Shown piece by piece: positions 12,468 to 24,000 of a stretch of 49,140 nucleotides of DNA (the first letter of the stretch is position 1; every line of letters starts with the position of its first letter). Location: the NCBI GenBank assembly GCA_001600815.1, contig BCKZ01000038.1, forward strand, positions 1 to 49,140, read 5' to 3'. The translations under genes and the position numbers were made by a program. Below the pieces are notes generated by a model that was not told the DNA's origin, ran no database searches, and saw only the letters and a list, made by a program, of their open reading frames with translations. This stretch comes from Alloascoidea hylecoeti. Its lineage: Eukaryota.

Positions 12468-14168
12468 TTACTCAGCGTTTGTTTGTGCAGAAATTTCTGC
12501 TTGTTTGATCAAATTTGCTGGTGCATCCAATTTAGGTAACATAACCTCGATCAATTTAATCTTATTTGGTTCAGAGAAACTTTTATCATTCAAATATTTC
12601 TCTAATTCATGTGTAGTAGAAACAGTATCTGTAAGATAATCTTTAGCGCCAAATGCAGGTAATAAAGCTTTGTGATCCCATGGTTGAATATCATTATATG
12701 AAGAAGTTAAACCATGAATTAATCTTTCAATTGTATAACCATCATTATTTAATACAAATATAATTGGTTTTAAATTCCATTTAATCATTGTTGAAATCTC
12801 TTGAACTGTTAACTGTAATGATCCATCACCAACAAATAATATAACTCTTTTCTTTTTATCAATTTCTTCAGCTGCCATTGTTGCACCAAGACAAGCACCA
12901 ACAGAAAAGCCAATTGATCCCCATAATACTTGTGAAATACCAGTTGTATTGGGTGGGAATTGAGTTTGAATAATACCAAATGATGAAGTACCAGTTTCTG
13001 AAATCACAACATCACCTGGTCTCAACCATGAAGAAAATCTAATCCAAAACCAAGTTTGTTGTAATGGAACATCAAATGGAGATGGTGTATTAAGAATCTT
13101 TGGTAATGGAATGGCAAATGGATCATAATGTGTTATATAACCACCAATGGCATTTATAAGTCTTTGAAGGACAAATTTCATTTGAACACCATTGAATTGA
13201 GCTCTTCTGATTTTAACATAATCGGAATGAAGTTCAACAACATTACGAGTCTTATAATGATATGAGAAAGCACCTGTGTTGTAGTCTGAAAGTATAGCAC
13301 CAATTGAAATAATCAAATCAGAAGATTCTACTTGTTCTTTAACCACTGGATATGAAAGAGATCCAACATAAACACCACCAAACCTTGGATTATGTTCATT
13401 GAAAGCACCTTTTCCCATTGGTGTAACATAAACGGGGAATTGAGTCACATCTACCAGTCGAAGTGCTTCTTCCTTAACATGATGACGAGAAGCACATGCA
13501 TCAACTAAGATGACTGGATCTTTGGCCTTTGAAACCATATCAAGAATCGTTTCAACAACTTCATCTTCTGCCTCTTGTTCATTAGGTTGTAAGGAAATAT
13601 CTAAAGGAGTATCCAAAAGGGAACCTGGTACCATATAATCCACAAAATTTGAAGGGAACGCAAGATAAGTAGGTCTTTGACGAACATAAGCATCAATTAT
13701 TACTCTATCAATTTCAGCTGGAGCAGAATGTAAATCATCCAAAAATGCTGTAGATTGGGAGATATTTGAGAAAATACGACGGAAAACAGTGAAATCACCA
13801 TTTCCAAGAGTATGATGTAAAAACAATTGTTTGGCCTGTGATGCGATTGATGGAACACCAACAACATGAAGGACACCAACATGTTCAGAATATGAACCAG
13901 CTTGAGCATTAACAGCCGACAATTCACCAACACCAAAGGTTGTGACCATACATGAGAGTCCAAGAACCCGAGAATACCCATCCGCAGCATAACCAGCGTT
14001 CAATTCATTGGCATTTCCAACCCATCTCATTCCTTTAACATCTTCAATCTTATCTAAAAGAGCCAAGTTGAAATCACCTGGAAGACCAAAAATTGATCTG
14101 ACTTTCAATTGATAAAGACGGCGGAATAAATATTCACCCAATGAGATTTGTTTCTTTTCAGTAGACAT
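12468..14168 (-). CDS. PDC1: pyruvate decarboxylase (TPP-dependent), 566 aa
   Basis: FGLPGDFNL, NELNAGYAADGY, LHHTLG, DACASRH and the TPP motif GDGSLQLTVQE...NNDGYTIE; catalytic D/H/H/E equivalents are present. Confidence 0.93.
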   Translation of the reverse strand: MSTEKKQISLGEYLFRRLYQLKVRSIFGLPGDFNLALLDKIEDVKGMRWVGNANELNAGYAADGYSRVLGLSCMVTTFGVGELSAVNAQAGSYSEHVGVLHVVGVPSIASQAKQLFLHHTLGNGDFTVFRRIFSNISQSTAFLDDLHSAPAEIDRVIIDAYVRQRPTYLAFPSNFVDYMVPGSLLDTPLDISLQPNEQEAEDEVVETILDMVSKAKDPVILVDACASRHHVKEEALRLVDVTQFPVYVTPMGKGAFNEHNPRFGGVYVGSLSYPVVKEQVESSDLIISIGAILSDYNTGAFSYHYKTRNVVELHSDYVKIRRAQFNGVQMKFVLQRLINAIGGYITHYDPFAIPLPKILNTPSPFDVPLQQTWFWIRFSSWLRPGDVVISETGTSSFGIIQTQFPPNTTGISQVLWGSIGFSVGACLGATMAAEEIDKKKRVILFVGDGSLQLTVQEISTMIKWNLKPIIFVLNNDGYTIERLIHGLTSSYNDIQPWDHKALLPAFGAKDYLTDTVSTTHELEKYLNDKSFSEPNKIKLIEVMLPKLDAPANLIKQAEISAQTNAE

Positions 14169-15603
14169 TTCTTGTTATATTTATATTTTGATATAAGAAT
14201 GACAATTGAAATGAAAAAAGGAAGAAAGAAGAAAATAAAGGGGTAACGGCGATATTTATAACAAAATTTACAGGTATAAATATTATCCCACAAACAAAGC
14301 TGCAGGTTAAATGATTGTGCCATGGGGTGGTCTGGTGCTGGCTTCATACTGGATCTCCCGGGCTTTAATATTAATATCATTTTTAATATTTTAACACTGC
14401 TTATTGGCTAGTAAATGTTCCGACAAGAATTCTCTTCTGCTGTAAATCAATTGCAATCATTTCGCGGGTTTCTTTCAAACTTAGATAATTGTGTAGGTTT
14501 AAGGTTATGGCCTTATAATCTTGATTCTTGACTATAAATATTGTTTTCCCACTCGTGTTCGTATATCCGTTTCAGTTCCGACATTAAGCTCAAGTCATTG
14601 TCATTTTATGCGCATAATTATGAACCTTCCGCTGAAAACAGTTGATATGGAAAAGCTTGGGCGTTGACATAGTTTGTTAACCTGTTATTAATTAATAGAT
14701 CACAATCTGGTGATGAGTAAATATTTTTTGGATGCATGTATATTACCTCATGATGTCAAATCATGATTATAATTATTATCATCAACGGAATCCTTGTTAT
14801 TTATAATTATAAGTATAGCTTCTTCTATGTGTAAGCCTTCATTTATATTGTTTATTCACAATTGCAGGTTCTTCACCGACTTTGTATTTCAATGTCTAAA
14901 TAGATTTTGCTTAACTGATTATAGTATGTTAATAATATTGATCAATGGCAAAAAATATTAAAGCTTTTAAACAGTTTCGTTGGTTTTTAATTAGCAGCTG
15001 CGTATAATGTTAATTATAGATATATAACAAAGTTGAAAAATAAAATCGCAAATACTTATGGTCTAAGCGAAGAACTAAGGTGGCAGCTCTGAATTATAAC
15101 TCAATAAGCTCATATTCACTTAATTGAGCCCATTCTGATTAACAACTATCGATCATTACCATAACTAATTTTCGTCCGCGTTATTTTCTGTTTGACTTGT
15201 TGATATAGGTGTGGAACTGTGGATTCCCAAACTTGGCCGAAATTTAGAGAATATCAGATGATTAGTCATAAGGATGGCTTAAATTAAGTGAAAATAGTGT
15301 ACCTTATTATTTTTTTACTGGATGCGATAAAATGGGATCGGGAACTAGGATCCATTGAGTATATAGCAGTGCTTGATATTAAGTTAATAACCAGCTGATG
15401 ATAAACTGTTTTGGACTCGTGTATATTAATATGTATATATATATATATAATGCTCTTATTATCAGCATATAACTTATAGCTATAGTTATCCAGGTTTACA
15501 TTTAATACCTACTCTTCAACTAAAAAAATATAGGTAAACGCCGATATCAATTAATTAATTATACACACACGTCATTTTGTAGCATATATAAACCCTATAA
15601 GAC

Positions 15604-16196
15604 TTATATATATTAATTGTAGTTGGGTTACACAGTATAATATGTACAGCTGAGAACACCCGTAGAGACTAGCAGTACTATATCTCAATCGATAGTGTAA
15701 TAAGTTGAATAAGAGAAGTGTTTTGTAGGAATCTATAGAAAAGCTGTCACCCAGGGTGGTCAGACTGTATGAACACACAAGAGGAGAGTATAGTCTATGG
15801 GGACTATTCTAAACTAAATATATGATATGTGCCGTGAATGTGCCTGTTTCGCTGCATTTTGTTTGGGTTGAGCAAGGTACCCCCAAGACTAATTCATTGG
15901 TGCAGCATACTCAGGGGCCAGGGCATTGTTATACGGCGGTTATAACAACCCAAACAATAAACTTTCCCATCGTTGAAGTGCCGTAGTGGAATATTGGTAC
16001 CCGAAGCTCAACCGTAGCAAGATGCAAGCGGAACAGGCATATTTATGGTGGTAACCGTATAGAGAATATGAGTAGAAATTAGAACTAGTATATCTCGCTG
16101 AGACTGATATAGACTTTTGCTGCATGAGAAAAGCATTATTCACTGAGTTCCATCCAGTAATATCAAAAGCTAATGATCCAATATATATAATTTTTA
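15604..16196 (+). ncRNA. candidate large structured non-coding RNA, class unassigned (boundaries approximate)
   Basis: 15831-15881 pairs with 15996-16049 (47 bp, 7 G-U wobbles, no A-C mismatches on the + strand). Nested outer helices reach to about 15604/16190. TATATAAA at 15585-15592 and a U-rich AATTTTTA at 16189-16196. No credible ORF. Confidence 0.7.
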
Positions 16197-16431
16197 AAAG
16201 ATTATATTGTGTTATGTCACTAGCTTGGGAAATTTGGTGCACTATGACATGCTGAATTTATTTTACATTTATATATGACTTGACTTGACTGTACCAAAGC
16301 TTGGATTTAATGAAAATGTGATTAAAAACTATGCAAAACTTACATCTCTATACCGATACCCATACCCCATAATTACAGTTCAATATATTAATGGACCATC
16401 CGATCTAAAATCAGGTAAATAGAGCATAACC

Positions 16432-19400
16432 CTACATTAAACCGATTTCTTCTTCTGCATCAATATAATACCATCGTATTCCTAAACTTAGGGAAAACGG
16501 ATTGTCACTAGGTTGTGAAATGTTATCTTTTGTAACAACTCTTTCTTGTATTTTTTTAATTCTACCAAGCATCCAATCTCTATTAACAAGTCTTTGGGTA
16601 ATTTCCTCTTGTAAGAAAAAATGAGGAGCACCGACATTAAATGCAGCCCAAGGTTGTTTCTGTGGAATATTATTTGATTTATTAACTTCATCATTACCAT
16701 CTCTTGTTGGTAAAAATAAAACTAAATCTCCAATTTTAAATAATCTTATCGCAACTTTAAATTTACTTTCTAATTCCCATGTATGATTTTTTTCACGATA
16801 ATATTTTGATTCTTTTGTTAATTTTCTTGCTAAATGTTCAACATCATGAAATCTTTTATCAATTGAATTTTTAAACATATCATAATCTAATCTAGTTCCA
16901 TTAATGAATTTATTAAATCGATTTTCCATAATTTCTAAATTGAGCTCTTTACCTTTATTTTTGGATTCTAAAAGAGTTGTACCGTTTGTATAACCATTAG
17001 TTTGTTCTTCTTTAGATGGAGAATCCATCCAATATAATAATGCTGAATCATTTATACAAGCAGAAAAAAGTGGAAGTGTAGTACCTGGATTGAAAAGTGA
17101 TCCATTTAAAACTCCAGGAGGTACAACATGTTCAATACTGGATGAAATCGTAGTACTATTTCGACGGGATTTACCGAGACCCTTAACTCGAATTATCTTT
17201 AAATTGGCACCCTTTCCATCTATTCCATCATCCTTAACCAGCATTAATCCAATTGACTCGAGAGTTAGACAACTTCGTTGATACCCATTGTATAGTTTCT
17301 CGGTGAGGTCTTTAGATTTTTCTTGAAAGAAGTCTACTGCAGCACTTAATTTTTCATTTTCTTCTTGTAGAATAGTTTTTTCATTCGTTAATTCTTTTAT
17401 GTCTTCTTCTAAATTCTTTTCTATTTCTTGTTTGGTGATATTTTGTTTCAGCTCTTCTATTTCATCAAGTAGAACTTGCTTCTCCTTTGCATATTCTGAT
17501 TCTTGAGTTGTCATAGTTTCTAATAAAGATTTATTTGAAGAATCTTTTTCGGAATTTTCTTCTTTTAACTTTTTATTCTCATCTGATAATTCACCGATTT
17601 GATCCTTTAGAGCTGTCATTTCTGCTAAATGAACTTCTTTTAAAGCTGTTATTCTATTTTGAAAATCTTCCGTTTCACTGTTCATTGCAAATGAAAGCCT
17701 ATGTGGATCGGTTTCTGGGGTAATTGGTCCACCACTTAAATTACGAACACGTCTTTGATGTAATAAATCTTCTAACCGTCTTATTCTTGATTCATAACTT
17801 CGAACTCTTTCATCTGAAAGTTCAGAATCAAGATTTATTGCACTACTAAAATAATTTGAAATGTTTAGATCATTATGTTTCAATGATTCTCTTAATAAAT
17901 TTCTTTTCTTTTTCATAGTGTTTGATCCTGATGAAGGTGTAGATAAATTTTGAAGTTGTTTCTCTAATTGTATGGTTATGTCATTCCAAGAAGTATTTGA
18001 CTTTAATTTTTGAATGAATTCCGAAACATCATTTTCTGTTACATTTAATGATTCATTATTTGCTTCGTTGATTGTGATATCAACTGAGAATAGGTTTACA
18101 TTTGGTATGGCATCTTTACAAGGTAAGTTCATTCCAATTTCTTTATCCCAATTTTGTCTTCTTTTTATCTCAAATTCTCTTATTTCAGCAAATGTTTCGG
18201 AAATATCTTGTACATTTTGTTTTGTATTAAGAACCCATTTATTTCTTCGTAATATTTCAATTAACGTAGAACCATACAAAAGTGGCATATCAACAACTCT
18301 TGCGAACATGGTTCTATAATTATGTGCAACTCCTAAATCATTTCTAAGAAGAACCATAGAATTTTTAATTTCTCCGGAATTTTGTTGTATTTCACCAATA
18401 CTTCTTAAGAACTCAATAGATGTAGTAATACAATCAGCTTTTCGTTTGAGCCATTGTTGTTGAAGATCTCGTAGTTCTCTTACAAGGGTTTGTATTTGTG
18501 GTAAAAATTCCGTTTGATGTAGCGATATTACTCGAAATGCATTTCGCATATTTGGAAGTGATTCAGGTAAGGATGACACATAATCAGACTCTCTTTCAAC
18601 TTTTTGAGTCAAGGTTTCAATTTCCGTTATTATTTCGTTGTATGAAGTATCATCTAATATATAATCGCCTTCAAATGTTTTACTACTATGAACAGCTAGA
18701 TTGAAACCATCTGTATTTGCTTTATCTAAATCCATTTTAAGATCACGTAGCTTTTTTTCAACAATTTCTCCTAAATTAACGGCTTCTTTTGAAATTTGTT
18801 CTAATTGGGGGACATTTATCCAATCTGATAAATATTTCTTATCAGCATTTTCTGCAATTTGAAATGATTTGTGGATAGGCAATGATTCTAATACTGTATA
18901 TTTTTCTCTCCATTGTTTAACTAAAGCTTCTTGATTTAAAGTGACAGTATAATTTAATAGATTATCGAAATATTTTTCGACAGTTTTTGAATGTTTAAAT
19001 AAATTATTAAAAGCAACTTGAATTGATTGCTTAATGACTTTTATTAATCTTGTATATTGAATCATTTGTTCCTTTAATGATTTTGTTTCTTTAAGAACAT
19101 TTTTTGACCATATTACATTTTGATTAAAAATACTCACAATTTGTTTTACTGTTGATATATCTCGTGTGTTATAAACTGGAGGTATTGTAATATTTATAAA
19201 TTTAGGAGGTTGATGATTTATTAATTTTTGAATTAAATTATCTGGAGCATCTTTAATTGAAAATAATAATCGATCAAATAAGAATATTTCTTGCTAAAAA
19301 AAGGGAAATCATCGAAGAATTAGTAGATTGAAAAAAAGCAGGGGCAATGTTAAATGTAATATGATACATACGCCATCAACTAGGTGTGATTGCTTTACCT

Positions 19401-19636
19401 TGATTGATTGTCTTGTTAATAGCAACTGTCTATCAATAGGTATGTCAAAACTCTCCTGAATCCAATCAGTGAAATCATTAAACCTACGAAAACAGGTTAG
19501 CATTTAAATTAAGAAGTAGATCAATATCAAAAGCAATACCAATTTTGAGCACATACTTTAAGAACTGATTAGGATTTATCTTGGATTCTTGGCCCGTATG
19601 AGCATATCTGACAATCATTTCTTCTTTATTATTCAT
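16432..19636 (-). CDS. ATG11: selective autophagy scaffold Atg11 (~1017 aa); exons 19557-19636, 19372-19483, 16432-19293
   Basis: Spliced N-terminus MNNKEEMIVRYAHTGQ...WIQESFDIPIDRQLLLT...EIFLFDR, coiled coils and a C-terminal claw (FKIGDLVLFLPT, WAAFNVGAPHFFL, DNPFSLSLGIRWY). Introns: 19484-19556 (GTATGT..GCTAAC..TAG) and 19294-19371 (GTATGT..TACTAAT..TAG). Confidence 0.93.
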
Positions 19637-19779
19637 TATTCTAATATTATACTGTTGTTTAAGTGCAAAGTAAAGATTGAAAATGGAATAAAATATAAGG
19701 GAAATATTATTAAATCCTAAGTTGCCAAAAATATTATAATGGGATGGGCCACCTTATATGAGCTTTTTGACCTTAAAGT

Positions 19780-19787
19780 TTACCCGG
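19780..19787 (+). promoter_or_regulatory. Reb1-type site upstream of ATG11
   Basis: TTACCCGG ~145 bp upstream of the ATG. Confidence 0.55.
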
Positions 19788-19999
19788 CTTTGATGGAATA
19801 TAAACTTAATATAAAGTTACTGGTCATAAAGACATGTCATTTATTGAGATGACAAAATGAGACAAAATGAGATGACATGACATGATGGGATGAGATGTCA
19901 TCTCCACATCATGAAGTATCTTTTACTATATTACAAGAGAATCTATTCACATTTATATTTATAAATATATATATTGTTATTTAGTTTATCTTAAATATT

Positions 20000-20847
20000 T
20001 TACTCGTCATCTTCACCAATCTTTGGAGCAAGGAAAAATCTTAGATAACCGCTTGGTAATGGATATTCAAATAAAGCAGGTGTACCATTTGCTAGTTTAA
20101 TTGTCACTTGAGAAGAAAGAGATGTAGCTTTTACAACATCATTTAAATATTTTAAACCAAATGTTAAATCAACAGGATCTTGTAATTCAATTTTAACATT
20201 ATTTGATTCTTCTTTAAAATCTGTATATGGTTTAACAATAATATTACCTTCACCAATTTCACCTTCTGCGGAAAATTTAACATGATCTTTTGTAACACAA
20301 ATTTGTAATGATTCTGATAGCGATGAAAGATTCTTAACAATCCTTGACCATTCTGTTGAAGGTAGAGTGATAGAAGCACTATATTCAATATCATCGACAG
20401 TAAGATATTCAGTCTCAATATCTAAAAGTTTAAGTGAAAACTCAGAAATTTGATCTTTTACTTTATCTTCTAAAACAAAAACAACTGTATCAGGAGAATC
20501 ATCAGAAACAATTGTTAATAGATCATCATTACTTCCACATCTTAAAATTTTAGATAATGATGGAATTGTAATACCAAGTGTAATGTTTCTGTCACATCTA
20601 TACTCAGAAAAAGCATCATTACCAATTAATAGAGACACTAAAAGAACTCTGGATTCATCAATAGCCTGAAAACTAATACCATTTTCAGAACACACGAAAT
20701 TACAATTCTTAACTGTATCTTTAACAGCTTCAACAATCTAATTGAAAAATGTTAGTATTGTGTTTATATTTCCATTAGTAATTGGAAAAAGAAGAAAATA
20801 CTAACCTTTTTTAGAGTAGCGGCTTCTTCGAATTTTCCTTCAAGCAT
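20000..20847 (-). CDS. POL30: PCNA (259 aa); exons 20806-20847 and 20000-20737
   Basis: MLEGKFEEAATLKK|IVEAVKD... joined across a 68-nt intron 20738-20805 (GTTAGT..TACTAAC..TAG). Also QAIDESRVLLVSL, YRCDRNITLG, K164 in VTKD and LRFFLAPKI. Confidence 0.97.
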
Positions 20848-20930
20848 TGTAAAATAATTATAGATTTAATGGGTAGTGGTTGGTGATTTATTAAGAGATA
20901 GGGATAAAGAAAAAAGGAAAGAAGAGTACG

Positions 20931-20978
20931 ACGCGTCCGTGTTTTTTTTTTTCAGATCCACCCAAACGCCAAACGCGT
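20931..20978. promoter_or_regulatory. two MCB (MluI cell-cycle box) elements in the PCNA promoter
   Basis: ACGCGT at 20931-20936 and 20973-20978, ~85-130 bp upstream of the ATG; typical of MBF-driven G1/S genes. Confidence 0.8.
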
Positions 20979-21086
20979 GATTTAATCATGTGACTGGCAC
21001 CATAAATTCATAAAATATAGTCAATTTTTAAATAACGAGTCGAATAAAAAATATAAAATAATATTAATATGTTTGTATTATGTATA

Positions 21087-22633
21087 TCAGAGCTTTGCTT
21101 GATATATTAAACTATCAAGTTGTCTGGTATTAATATATTGTGGGCCAAGATCACTTATTTTAGTTACTCCCAATAATCGCATTGCGACATCAATTTCTTC
21201 TTTTAAAATCTCTAATAACCTTGAAACTCCATCTTCACCATATCCAGCTAAGCTATATAATGGAGCTCTTCCAAGTCCAACTCCCTTTGCACCGAGACAA
21301 AGTGCTTTAACTATATCAGTTCCCCTTTTAATACCACCATCTATAATAATATCGATTTTGTTGAAACAATCAGGAACATATTTTCTTACTTCTTGAAGTA
21401 CCATTAAAGGTGGATTAACAAAATCTAATTCTCTACCACCATGATTTGATAAATAGACACCATCTACATAAGGATTATTTGCAGCTAATTCAACATCTTC
21501 ATATGAACCAATTCCTTTCAATATTATCTTTATTTCTTTTGGTAGGAAATTTCGTAACCATTTTAATTCTGACCAGTCAAATGTTTGTGAGGTACCATTA
21601 AAAAGAGTTTTCCCAATTCCACCATCAATACCTATTTTTTGATCACCAACAGTCATTGCTTCTTCATATTCATCTTCAAATTTTAATTTCTCGTCTGCTT
21701 CTCTTTTACCAGGTGCAGTTCCATCAACAGTAACAACAACTCCTACTAATTGACCAATTTCTAAAACTCTTTTTAATAATTTTTCAGTTTTCTTTTTATC
21801 TGAATTAATCATTAATTGGAAAAAAAACTTTTGATTTCGATACCAAGGTTTACTTCTAACAATATCTTTATAAGATAATGAAGAATTAAAACTTACAAAT
21901 TCAACTATTCCATGTTTATACGAAGCATTTGCTAAACCCTTTTCACCAATTGGATGGCCTAGTTTTGCCATCGCAGCTGGTGATATGAAAATAGGAATAT
22001 CAATTTTTGTTCCAACAATTGAACTTGACATATCTATTGTTCTAACATTTCGTAAAGTTCTTGGACGAAATAAAATCTTTTTATATATTTCATTGTTATA
22101 ATTTTTTGAAAACATATCATCTGCAGCAGAATGATAATAGGTCCATGATTTTTTATCTAATATATTTTGTGCAATATTTTCAAATTCAGAAATATTTAAA
22201 ATTGATTGTAGTGGTGGTAATTTAAATTTAGATTTTAATTCAACATTAATGTTTGACTCTTCTTGTATCATTGATAATTGTTGATCATTTTGATTGCTAT
22301 TTTTTTTTTCTAAAAATCCAATATGACACTTTGATGATAATTGATCATAAATTATATCAATTGAATGAACTTTATTGAAATCTTTTGTTGCATCACTTCC
22401 AGCATTCTTTAAAAGAACTTTTTTACCACCTGGATGATTTTTTAGAAAATTTGTAACATCATAAACACTTCCTTCGATGATTAACCATAATGAGGCAGAA
22501 GTATTATGTTTCGAGACTAATTATGGCAATTAGTATTACTTGTAAGTGTAAATAAATTAACGTTATATGTTTGATACATACCTTCCTCAAGCGATAAGAA
22601 CTTTGAATCTGGTGATTGTTCCATGACACCCAT
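21087..22633 (-). CDS. flavocytochrome b2-like protein (cytochrome b5 domain + FMN-dependent 2-hydroxy-acid dehydrogenase), ~493 aa, C-terminal AKL; exons 22582-22633 and 21087-22516
   Basis: EEVSKHN...WLIIEGSVYDVTNFLKNHPGG...AGSDAT...H heme domain after a 65-nt intron (22517-22581). FMN domain with SNHGGR, DGGIKRGTDIVKALCLGA and GRAPLY. Confidence 0.9.
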
Positions 22634-22721
22634 TGCAGACTGTATTCTTGGAGTTTATTTATAAAGAATTGAATTTGCAATTGAATGAATTTAAGTGGGT
22701 GAGAATGTATTAATTGCAATG

Positions 22722-22928
22722 GATAAGGACGCTATTTGTTACCGTCCTTATCAATTTTAACAGACCTCATCAGGTAAGATAAGCGCATCGCTTTAAATTT
22801 CCATTTCAGAGTACAAAAAGCACACCCAATTTGAAAACTCTGGCAATACTTATCATCCAAAACTCTCATATTTATACTGATCTACCTATACTTATAAGTT
22901 ACACCAAGGTATATTAAAATTGCGGGGG
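22722..22928. promoter_or_regulatory. GATA-site cluster plus a Mig1/CreA-like GC box upstream of the flavocytochrome gene
   Basis: GATAAG/CTTATC at 22722, 22747, 22778 and 22849; AAAATTGCGGGG at ~22916-22927. Confidence 0.55.
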
Positions 22929-23154
22929 GATAGTGCTATAACTCATTACTAATCAAGATATCGATCATTGTCAATGGCTAGGATAGAGAGAAACATAATC
23001 ATTTAAAGTAGAACATCAGACCTAATCTTTACCATTCCTTCCACTTTCATTTGTAATTGCAAACTTGAGAAATAATATAATTAAGCAGATTAAACTATTT
23101 ACAAAAACATAACATTCAATAACTCAACAATTTTTAGTTTTTAATTTATAATAT

Positions 23155-24000
23155 TTAATTTTTAAAAAATGAATTCATTTGATCCAACCATTTAATATAA
23201 TCTTTATTTTCAATACAATAAGAATAATCAAAAATAAATTGTACTAATTCTCTATTAATACCTAATTCATTAAAATATAATTCAAAATCAGATTGTAATT
23301 GTTGATCTAATGAATTAAAAGTTGGACCATTATAATTTAATTCTTTTATATAAGAATCTTCAGGAGTTTCAGAAAGTGTTAATTCTGTATCATTAATTGA
23401 TAATTCAGATAATAAAAATAATGGTGTTGAGGATGGTGATGACATTAAACAGCCAGCACTTAAAGATTTTTTAGTTATTAAATTTTCAATTACAATACCA
23501 AATTGTATAAAATGATTTTGACCATCTGATTCATAATTATCCAAAGGATTTGAATTTGAATCATTTGAAATTGTAAAACCTTCATATTCTTCAGTTTCTT
23601 CTTCCTCAGTTTTTAGAAAACTTTCACTTTCAACTATTTCTGATGCATTAAAATAAATATGAACAATTGTTTCATTATTTATATTTTTAATTAATTCAGT
23701 TTTTGAATCATTTGATTTATTTTTAGCAATAAAACCATTTTTATCTAAATATTGATTTAATTCTTTTAATATATCATTTTCTGAATCAATTTGTGTTTCT
23801 TCTTCATAATTTTTTTGAATTACTTGTTGTAAATTTTTCGAAACTTCATCTTGGTACTTAATTGAAGATACAGAGAAAGGTCTGAATTTTGTGACAAGAG
23901 AAGGATTTAACCTTATGGCATTATTTGTTGTAATATTAGATAAAATATGAAAACCAAGACGGTTTGAACGGCAAATTCCTTTAAGACGGTTAATCATCAT
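23155..24000 (-). CDS. MAM33: Mam33/p32-family mitochondrial acidic matrix protein, diverged paralog (~281 aa from ATG 24000)
   Basis: Arg-rich presequence ending RPFSVSS; C-terminus YNGPTFNSLDQQLQ..FE.Y...GIN..L..F...YS...ENKDYIKWL..MN.FF. Confidence 0.85.
   Translation of the reverse strand: MMINRLKGICRSNRLGFHILSNITTNNAIRLNPSLVTKFRPFSVSSIKYQDEVSKNLQQVIQKNYEEETQIDSENDILKELNQYLDKNGFIAKNKSNDSKTELIKNINNETIVHIYFNASEIVESESFLKTEEEETEEYEGFTISNDSNSNPLDNYESDGQNHFIQFGIVIENLITKKSLSAGCLMSSPSSTPLFLLSELSINDTELTLSETPEDSYIKELNYNGPTFNSLDQQLQSDFELYFNELGINRELVQFIFDYSYCIENKDYIKWLDQMNSFFKN

Noticed and set aside
15620..15670. TPP-riboswitch-like GGGT...GCTGAGA.CACCC upstream of the TPP-dependent PDC gene
   Set aside because: The P4/P5 half (TGAT..GG.TAAT.CC.GCG) is missing, and the element is on the opposite strand ~1.4 kb from the PDC start.
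16226..16370. GGGAAATTTGGTG and ACCGATACC resembling RNase P CR-I and CR-V
   Set aside because: Only ~110 nt of AT-rich sequence separates them, with no S-domain motifs or P1/P2 helices.
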